A stretch of 64,000 bases of DNA, from positions 434,001 to 498,000 of the forward strand of contig RHPI01000810.1 in the NCBI GenBank assembly GCA_009103225.1, read 5' to 3'. The position numbers were made by a program, and so were the translations under genes. The notes under the pieces were generated by a model. It was not told where the DNA came from and searched no databases. It saw nothing but the letters and a program-made list of their open reading frames with translations. This document shows positions 52,601 through 64,000 of this stretch, in pieces. Origin of the DNA: Chlorokybus atmophyticus (taxonomy: Eukaryota > Plantae > Mesostigma and Chlorokybus algae). Every line of letters starts with the position of its first letter. The first letter of the stretch is position 1.

Positions 52601-55600
52601 TACGTCACCATCCCAAGTCAACAACCCATGTAAAGTGTAATTCCCTGTACAGGCAGAATGCATCAAGCAGGAGGCCATGGAAGAGCTTGCGGCTGCCCAC
52701 ACTGCACAGCTCACACAGCTCAATGCTCAGCTTGACGAGATCTTGAGTGCCGCCATGACTATTGCTGCAACTGAAGCTCAGCAGGTATGCCTGGTTGGCT
52801 GATATGGTCGACCTGTTGTGCGTATGCTTATGTGGCTGCCACATATTGTGTGGTTGTCTTTGCTCAGGCTGAGGCGAGTTTGGAGCATTCTCAACGGCTG
52901 GTCGTGAAACACGCTTCGCTCAGCTTGACACAGCTGACCAAGGTGCTTTTATCTCTAGCAAAGAGTCTGATTCTCAGGACATTGTGCCAACATATTGCTT
53001 GCAGGAAGTGATGACCTTGCGCGCTCACAACAGCCGCCTGCAACAGCGGCTACGCGCTTTACAAGTATCACTTGGGCAAACTCCACAGGCTGATACCAAT
53101 GGGGATGCAGCACACCCACAACAGCGGCCAATGCTCACCATGGCACTTGTCCAGCCGCTGTCTCGTGCACATTACAAAGAGGAGCTACAGGGCTTGTGTC
53201 AAGCGCTGATGACACAGCTTGATAGCATCAGAGTCACCGCAAGCGAGACAGCTGTCATGCGTGCAACACTGCAAGTGCTTACCGATGCAATGTTGTCCCT
53301 TGATCCTCAATTGAGATCCGAACCGCGCACTGATGCTGCGATTCAGACCGAACACGCTGTAGTAATCAACACGAGTGTTATGACCAATGAAAGCAGTTCA
53401 GACTTTGAGGTGAAGCTGAGCAAACTCAAAGACCGCTGCACTGCAGCTAGTGCCAAACTCTCTGTGGCTGAGAACAAGGTCTCAACACTGGCCGCTCACG
53501 AGCAAGATCTGAAGTCACGCCTGCAACACAGCGCGCAAGCAATGCAAGCTGCAGAGGTGGAGCTGCAAAAGTGTAAGGCGGAGTTGACACGACAGAAGCG
53601 CATGCTTGGCGACACAGAACATGCACTCTCAGGTGGGTCATGTGTGACTGAGTTTGCCGTATGTAGACGTTATCGTGTGGTGTACAAGGCGGTGCGACAG
53701 TTGCGCATTGCCTCTGAATGCACTCTTCGTGGCTTCTCATGCTCATGACAAGGCCACTTAGTTGCAAGCATGGAGGCATACACAGAGTGGGTTCAATCCC
53801 TTGCACAGAGTCCAAGACAGCACATGCGGCGGCTTGCGCAAAGCTACAGCAACTGGCAGCCGAGCATGAAAAACTCAAGGCAGAGAATGCGGCTGGTGTA
53901 GCAAGCAATGCTGCCGGCGTTCAAGACTTGCAGCAAAGACTGCTAGGGGTTGACAAGAAGCTGGCGGAGGAACGTGAAACTCACCTTGCAATGGTGAGTC
54001 GTATTACTGGTGGATCTCAATGCATGGATCTCAATGCAGACATACTAGGCATCTGTGTTGTGCACACTGAGCATACATACTAACACAACTGATTACACAA
54101 ACGCCATTGTGCTGTGCAAGTCACCTTTAGAGTACATTGTGCAGGTTGCAGCCTTGCGTGGTACACTGGTTGGAGTGGAGACGCAAGCATCCGAGCAGAA
54201 GCAGCAACTGGCGCACGCGAGCTCACAGCTGGCTGCCTTGTCACAGCACAATGCAACTCTCAAGCAGCAGCTTAGACTGCAATGCAAGAGAGCGCACACG
54301 CAGCGCAAACAGCTCAAGGCTCAGTACTCTTCTCATCTCAAGACCATGCATGCCCAGCTCAAGGAGCTATCTGCAAGGTTTTATGCTGCCGACAAGCGTG
54401 TGGAGACATTGGGCGGGTGTGTCAGCGTGTACATATGCAAGCACGAGGAAGCCATGGGCAATGCAGAGCTCTTATCGAGGCAAGCGCAGGAGTTTGAGGC
54501 GCATCTTGTGGATGTTGAGAGGGTGAGCTCCGCATTCGGGCAAGAGCTTGAGGATCTGAGTGCCAAGCACCTGGCCGCATTCAAGCGTGTCAGCGAGTCC
54601 TTTCTTCTCAAAGAGGAGGCGTGTAAACGGCTTGCTACGGAAGTTGATGACATCAGGAGCGCCTATCAGCAGGAAACAACTGCTCTAAGGAATAGCAATG
54701 TGCGCCAAGGCGAAGTGCATGCTGCAGAGGTGGCAAAGCTGCTAGACCATTGTGAGCGCACCACGCGTGCGTGCGATAAAGAACGGAAGATGTTGTTGTG
54801 CCAGCATGAAGGGTTGCTGCGTGAGCTGCAGCTGAAACACTCTGAAGAAGCGCAGGCTTGGAGGGACCAAGTGGCTTCTCTCACAGCCAAGTTGACGGCT
54901 GCATCGGAGGTGCACAGCGCAGACGGGATGGCGACAAACCTACGCGTATCAGCAGCTGAGTCGCGTGCAGATGTGGCTGAGCGGGAAGCCGAAGCTTGCC
55001 GAGCCGCCTGCACGGAAGAGTTCCAGCGATTGCAGATGGAGTTCGCACGCTATCGGCGTGTCAAACAGCATGAAGTTGAACTGCTTGAGAAGCGTATGGT
55101 GGACTTGATTCAGCAAACGTCACTAGGTAGTGATGACGACGATCCGGAGCCCGCCAAAGGTCCACGGAAGAAAAGAACGGCGAAGAGCAAAGGTCTCAAT
55201 GGGTTAAGGCCAGATGAGGTCAAGAAAGATCAGATTGGTATCCGCAGCCTCGTCATCAGTAGCGACGATGCCACCAGTGGATCTGAGACCTTGTCCTCAC
55301 CTGCATCAGCTGATACTCATGTACACAGTGAGGCGGGTTGGCTGCAGCACGTGCACAGTTTCGTCAATAATATTCGCGCCTTGACAGACTGTGAAGCAGT
55401 AGCCGCGTCTGAACGCCAGCTGTCGCTGTTGAGCGCAGAACTGCAGCGCACAAGGCAGCAGCTGGCAGACAGCAAGGCTGCGCGCAAGCAGCTGCTAGCA
55501 TCCCAACAACGCATGCAGTCTGCGGAACGCATTGCTGCGCATCGAATACAAGAGCTGGAAGCACAGCTTGCAACAGCAAGTGCAGGATTGAATGTGCACG

Positions 55601-57491
55601 AGAAAGGACTGCTCGAGAGTGCATTGCACACTTGTCAGGTAGACCAAGCAGATTTGGCATGTTGCCTTCTACTGCATGTGTGCATGGGTATTGTCTGTGC
55701 TTGTGCTCTGATACTGTCTCGCACAGGAATCCCTTCGTGCAGCAAAGGCGGATTGTGCACGTCGACAGGCTTTGCTTACTGCGCGAGAGTCTGAGTTGAA
55801 TGCTGCTATTGCAATGTTAGGCACAGAAAGGGACAAGTGGCAAGGCGCTGAAGAGGCGCTGGCCAGGGCCAAGCTTACCATCAATCGCAAGGCAAGCCAG
55901 CATAAGCTAGGCACAGATGCAACACCTGACTCAGTGCGCTCTTCTCTGATGACAACTCCGACTGTGGCTGTATTGTATTCTCTGGCTGCGCTTGCAGGAC
56001 AATGCTATACAGAACTTGAAGCTCAAGTCGGAGGGCATGCCTGTCAGTGAGGCTGTGAACATGTCTGAGCAGCTGAGAGCAGCAGAAACGCGCTTGCGGG
56101 AGCTTCACGCGACTTGCATGCTCAAGGTCAGAACTCGCAGTACAGCTTATGCCAATTTCATCGACAATTTTACGGAAACGGGCTTACGGTTGGACTTTGC
56201 ACAGGAGTCGCTCATACGCGAGCTTAAGGCACAAATTGAGTTCCATACCAGGCAGGCTGCGGCGGCACTGAAAGCAACGGAGGCCGCAGAACAAAATGGT
56301 ATCCAGGGACGCACCTGCTGTACGTGCTTGTGGTTGTGTAGCGCAACAGCTCACCATACCCCTCTCGTGCAGGTGCTGCTGTGCGGAGATGGCGTGCAGA
56401 GAGTGCGCGCCGAGAGAAGGCGCAGCAAATGCTGCAGGCCACTTTAGATGCGACTCGCAAGGTTGGTGTGTGGCATGTGTTCTGGTAGGCACACACACGT
56501 CAAATGACTGGTGATGTGGACAACTACCCCTCTCATGCAGGAGCTGGCAACATTGCGTGAAGCATCGGAGGCGGCTGCACTTGAGGAAAGCAAGTTAAAG
56601 ACCAGCACAGGTAACATCTGCGTATATTGAGTCAACTTTGCGGTAACAATGCCTCTGCATTTGTGCCAGTTGTTGGTATTCTCAAAGTATCTCGGTTTAT
56701 TGCCGGTCGCATTCTCTCATACTTGTTTCTCAATCAACTTTCGTTAGTCATGCGCTGCAGGGCTTGTATCTACTCTCACGTGCGTGGTGTGCTCCAGACC
56801 AGCAGGTTTCGGTGCTGGCTTCCCGCATCGCTGCACTCTGCAGTGCTTGCAAAGCAGCAATCAGGCTTCTTCTGCACGCGATGGCGCTTGTTAGAAGGAG
56901 GGGACCAGAGTTGACTACGGATGATGGCACTTTGGGAATAGCAGCTAAGGCACGGGCCATTGCCAAAATTGTTGACTTCTCGCCAGATGAGGTGGGCATG
57001 TGTATGCAAATTGCGTTTGCATGCTTGCAAAAGTCCGCAACATGTTTGCTGTAGCATTGAGATACAACATTATGGAGTTTGGAAGTTTGTTGCCTTAGGC
57101 TTAATGGTCTGGGAACTTGTTTTTGACCACGTGCTGCACTCTGTCTAGTCAAGCTGCATGCTACCGCAAGCAACAACTGCCATAACCTAATCACTATGTT
57201 CAACCTCTCAACATCAGCGCCACATCAAGCCCGCATTCACAGGTGTTGGACATCATGCAGCCGTCAAGAGGTCCTTCCGCAGCGCAGGTGTTCCTGTTGG
57301 AGCAGGCGGAGGCTCTCTGCGACCGCATAAAAATGGCAAAGTGGCAGACTGGTGAGTCCTTCAGCGAGCAGCTGCTGGGTGTCGTGCGCAGTCTCGAGCA
57401 GGAGTTGAGGCGCGTAGAGGGTGAAGGAGGGGACGCGTGCGGGCGTATGCAGCATAATGCGCATAGACATGTGGGGATCCCCGTAGAGTGA
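49661..57491 (+). CDS. Long coiled-coil protein of unknown function; multi-exon, with a ~1.5-kb exon at ~54146-55640
   Basis: Successive L/E/Q/A/R-rich helical exons with GT-AG boundaries, from MSKGGDG...LRARLAEDELATMQ to a last exon at 57243-57491. No catalytic motif seen. Confidence 0.75.
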
Positions 57492-57559
57492 TGCGGCGTG
57501 TACTGCGTGTAGCAATATTGTATATACACTGAGGGTACTGTTGGTGGTGCGAAAGGCCG

Positions 57560-58702
57560 CTACTTGGCGGCGTCTGCACGGCTTTTCATCAATAGCTTGT
57601 ACTTCGCTGAGGCCTCCACATAGTTGGAGAATGCGTCGCGCTTGCGGAAGTGTCCTTTGTGCACTTCCTCCACCTGCATGCAGACTACATATCACCCACA
57701 CATTGGTAGCATGAGGCTTTGCCTTTTCCATGTGTTCACCCTCTGGTCTGCTCACCTCGTCAGTTTTGTCTCCAAACTCCATTGTGAAACTGCTAATTGG
57801 CTTCTCAGCCAGCACAACGTAACCGGGGTTGGCGGCGCTCCACAAGTTCTGCGTGCAGCTCGAACTTAGTGTCATGCAGATAATCTGTTAGTTGCCGCTG
57901 CGTACATGACGCGGACTGCAACACATGCTGTAATTGGCAAATGCACATTCAATGCACGTCACATCTCAACACGCGTATAAGCGGTACGCTGTGCGCAGAG
58001 CACGCCATTAAACTCTTGTTAGTGCATTGATTTTGAGGACACGTTGTGACCACACCCATGTACATACATATAGGGAACGTATGTATAGGGTATGGGTAGG
58101 GTAGTGTCATGATGCTGAGGTCAACTTACCCGCGACATCTCTGCGCGCAGCAGCGCGCACTCCTGCTCCGGTGTGAGTGGCAGCTTGGGCTTTTGGGGCG
58201 ACGGGGGTGGTGGTGGCGCAGGAGGGGTTTGCGGATGTGATTGCACGCTTTGAGTTGATGATGAGGCCTTGCTCCAGCGATCAATGAACTCGTTGCGAGA
58301 CCTGTGGAGTGTGGGGTATCAGGTGTGGGGCATATGATACAGTTTTTCAGTACTACGTATGTGTGTTCAGAAGCCGAAAGTGCTACTGTGTGCGTGCAGG
58401 CATGCGCACGTGCACCCACTTGTGTGTATGCGTGTGCACCTATGTGTGCCTTTGCTGTGCCTGTGCTCGCGTGCATTGCAGTGTGATGTACGTCAACACT
58501 ACACAAGCAATTCCAAATGTTTAGTGCGGTTTTGGCTAACAACTCAGCAAGTGCCAAGCATGTGTGGCGTTGCCATCAATGGTACAGAAGGAGGTAACGC
58601 AACTCGTCAACGCAGCCCTTACTTTGATTCTTTGGTGTAGGTCTCTTTGATGAAATTACACTTCGCGGTGGTCATCCATCCCAGCCTCTCCACCGAAGAC
58701 AT
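57560..58702 (-). CDS. Small 4-exon protein (~130 aa) resembling SPMIP1/ATP6V1FNB-type ciliary microtubule inner proteins
   Basis: The spliced product MSSVERLGWMTTAKCNFIKETYTKESK|SRNEFIDRW...PPAPPPPPSPQKPKLP...RAEMSR|NLWSAANPG...KPISSFTMEFGDKTDE|VEEVHKGHFRKRDAFSNYVEASAKY...AAK* has consistent splice phases. The family assignment is from remembered similarity only. Confidence 0.7.
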
Positions 58703-59020
58703 GCTCGGTTTTCTCCTGTCTCTCTCAACCCAAAGTCCTTCCCAAACGACTTCAACAAACCAAACCACACACCAGCAAACCGCCCTTCTCACACACAGGC
58801 AACCAACAACCAAAGCAACCCGTGCGTTGGACACCCCAAAAAACTCAACAAAGAGTAACCCAACATATCACACAAGGGTAGGCGCCGCCGCCTTGTTGAG
58901 CTTACGTGGACCTTGCCACATTCGGCATTGACTGAAGCTTTTACACAGCCATTGCCACACTCACGTGACTGACAGATGTCGAAGGGATGTCTGAACACCC
59001 GATATCGGCGATCAGAATTC

Positions 59021-59036
59021 TGGGCCCAAACCCTAA
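59021..59036 (+). promoter_or_regulatory. Site II motif (TGGGCC) abutting a telo-box (AAACCCTAA)
   Basis: TGGGCC at 59021-59026 and AAACCCTAA at 59028-59036, ~90-105 nt upstream of the SUCLG1 ATG; a second AAACCCTAA lies at 59437-59445 in intron 1. Confidence 0.5.
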
Positions 59037-59126
59037 CTGTAACGCTGACGCTCAGTACGTGGCTGCCACGTGGCCGTTGGTGGCGTTGGCGGCGGCGACG
59101 GCGGGGGTGGCAGGGTGGTATCCGCC

Positions 59127-61401
<2,275 letters not shown>

Positions 61402-61955
61402 GCATCGCAATATTGCACTGTAGCCTATGTAAGTAGCTCTACCGATATCTGTACATGTACCATTCTTGAAGCGCTGTTTTGTGCACTTGCAAGTTGGCAA
61501 GTATGCACATTTGCACGAGTGCGATCTGCTGGTGCATATCTATGCTGCCAGTTGTCGGGCGGTATAGATGAAGGCATCAAACATGTAGCTGTAATGGTCC
61601 ACCATAGTGCACACAAACGTCAGAAGCAGTGACCAAATGTGCATTGTCAACAATACATGTGAACATGCACCAACAGCCTTCCTGCAGCATAGCGTAGCCT
61701 GACGAACCAATGCCTGAAGCAACATCAGGTGGAAGTACGTTGAGGCAAGTACAGAAAGGCAACGAGCAGTGATGACCGCGCATTGTTCGAGGTTGCCGAG
61801 TCAGCAACCAAACAACACTGCTCCTAGATGCCATGTGTGGCAGTGGCCACTACACGAACCACACTACGCCAAAAGCCCTGCTCTGGTCACGGTTGTGTTG
61901 TGTGACTTGCCTTACCAAGTTACACAAAACAACTGTGGGCGCACTCACTTCAACA

Positions 61956-64000
61956 TCACCGTCGGCCCCCACGCCCTCTCCCGCCACCCCTCCCACCACC
62001 CCCTCCTCGCCCTCGCCCTCCCCCCCTACCGCCTCCCCTGCCCGCACGACCGCCAGGTACAGGCCTGCGCTCCCTGCCTCCTCGCCCCCCTCCTCCTCGC
62101 CCCCCACGCCCACCCCGCCCCCCTCGCCCACCACCACCGCCGCGCTCATCATCACCACTGTGGTCCTCACCACCACCATTGCTCTGGCGCCCGCCACCCC
62201 TGCCCCTGCCCCTGCCACCCCTGCCGCGGCCTCCGGCACCTCTACCCCCCGCAACGAAACGGATCTCCTTGCTGCCGCTTACGTTGCGGTTGCCCCCGAA
62301 CGAAGCCTGCGCGCCACCCCGCGACACGCGCTCCTCCAGCGGCATCGCTTGCGCCTCGGACAGAGTCTCGTTCGTGCGGAAGGCGCGCGCATGCACGTCG
62401 TCCTTGACCTCGTAAAACCTGAAGTTGTTGTTGATGCGTGAGCCAATACAGCCACAGCAGCTCATGCAATCAACTACATGATTGTCAACAGACTACCAAT
62501 ATACCTTGGTTGACTGTCCTTTTTATGATTAATAGCTGCTTCTGCTCTCCTGGGCTTCTTTGCAACTCGCCTTGGCCTTTCTTCCTCTTCCGATTCATTC
62601 TCTGATCGGTCAGACTCATCCCGTCCGCTGGTATCGGCCTCTTCATCACTATCAACCAGGTCGAAGTGCTCGCGCAAGAGCGTCTTTGCGTCCACTTTGG
62701 GAGCGTTCGGATGCAGCATCCGGTACTCTGCCGATTCTTGATTAACAGCAAAGTTCTGCAGCACACCCATACAAACGTCATCAGTCACAACACCACTAGT
62801 AGCTACTATCAATGAGACAGCATGCTCTCAACAGGACAGAGCATTGCTAGTAAACTCACCCTGTCTTTGAAGAGGCTGCTGAACCTCTCGTCTTGCAGCA
62901 GAGCGCTTGCGGCTGGGCCTTCCTTGCGCTTTTTGCCGCCTTCAAACTCATCTGTTAGCAAACGGGCTGCCATGTCTTTGTTAACCTTGGGCAGCTTCCT
63001 CTTGACCTGCGATGCGCGACACTACCAGTGAGCACGCAATAATCGCTCATATCACCACTACATGTGACCATTGTCACAGGCGCAGTGCCACGCATTTCAA
63101 AACTTGTGGCTGAAACAATCATTGGCTTCAACAAAAGCTATGCTACAACCATAACAGATAACACCAAACTGCATCGCCAAACTGACCGTTATGCGTGATG
63201 CGCGCTCCGCTTCTATTTTCTCTGCAACCTTCTGCTCCCTGTACTTCTCATATGCAAACGGATCCACCAAGTTCTTGGCCTGCAATGCAGCAGCGAGCCG
63301 TAAGTTGCAACTCAAACACCCACGAAGGACAAATTTGCTCACTGCGCCCACACCACACCTTATGGTATAGCCGGTTGTCCACAAAAAACCCATGCATGTA
63401 CGCCCTCAGCAGGTCCGTGCCGATGAGGTGGCTCATAGCCAGGCGATCCAGTTCCTCCCTGGTTACAAACCTGAAGTCGTCATACACTGCCGGCTGTTTG
63501 TCCTCCTCAAGCTCTTCCTGTTACACCAGCACTGAAGATGTTCACCCACGAGAAGCTGCGTGTGTTCGCGTGTGCACGTGCGAGCGTGTATATGTCGATG
63601 TCAGTGCGTTGTAATCGGTTTGCAAACACGCAATTTACCGTGAGGTTTTCTAGGAATGAGCACCACTTGGGAGCTGGTCCCAGCGCTGGTACAAAGAACG
63701 CCTGCAGCTTGGGAGCATCCATGGCCATGACGACCAGGCCGCTGTCTTTGAGCACGCAGACGTCGTTGATGTCTCCAGACCCTTCCGCCGGCTCTATGGA
63801 GGTGAAGTTGTCACCCTGTCACAGAAGCTGCATCAGCTCTGCTGTCCACGCCAGCTTTCGTGCATGCACGGGCACGTACCGTTGCACAGCTCCAGATTTT
63901 GCATATCTTCGTGTCCGAGGAGATGATGTGGCGAGCGGACTGATCGATGCCGGTGTGGAAATGGAGGCTCTTGATGGGGTACCCATACCTGTCAACAACC
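61956..64000 (-). CDS. NOL10: Nucleolar protein 10 (Enp2), 3' part; the gene continues beyond the window
   Basis: FFVPALGPAPKWCSFLENLT, YDDFRFVTREEL...LIGTDLLRAYMHGFFVDNRLY, DPFAYEKYREQKV, NUC153-like DERFSSLFKD..FAVNQESAEYRMLHP, and a C-terminal RGG tail. Confidence 0.93.

Overview
This is intron-rich eukaryotic nuclear DNA. The gene content (PFP-alpha, PGSIP7/8-type GT8, telo-box/site II motifs, a cilia-like gene) suggests a green-lineage alga, possibly an early-diverging streptophyte (inference). Positions ~2.4-14 kb are a nest of decayed retroelements. The main one is a degenerate Ty3/Gypsy element whose Pol reads protease - C5 cytosine DNA methyltransferase - RT - RNase H - integrase - PHD finger, i.e. 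a methylation writer and a histone-reader fold in one retrotransposon. Next to it is a minus-strand Penelope-like relic with its GIY-YIG endonuclease upstream of RT-like remnants, split by a solo LTR. Host genes follow: EF1B (+), kinesin-4 (-), a DHX29/57-like helicase (+), a PGSIP7/8 glycosyltransferase pseudogene (-) with a second copy of the solo LTR in intron 1, an AT-rich unassigned island (~40-44.6 kb), PFP-alpha (-), a long coiled-coil gene (+), a small SPMIP1/ATP6V1FNB-like gene (-), succinyl-CoA ligase alpha (+) and the 3' part of NOL10 (-). All assignments come from reading motifs by eye; no database search was run, and internal exon boundaries of the long genes are approximate.
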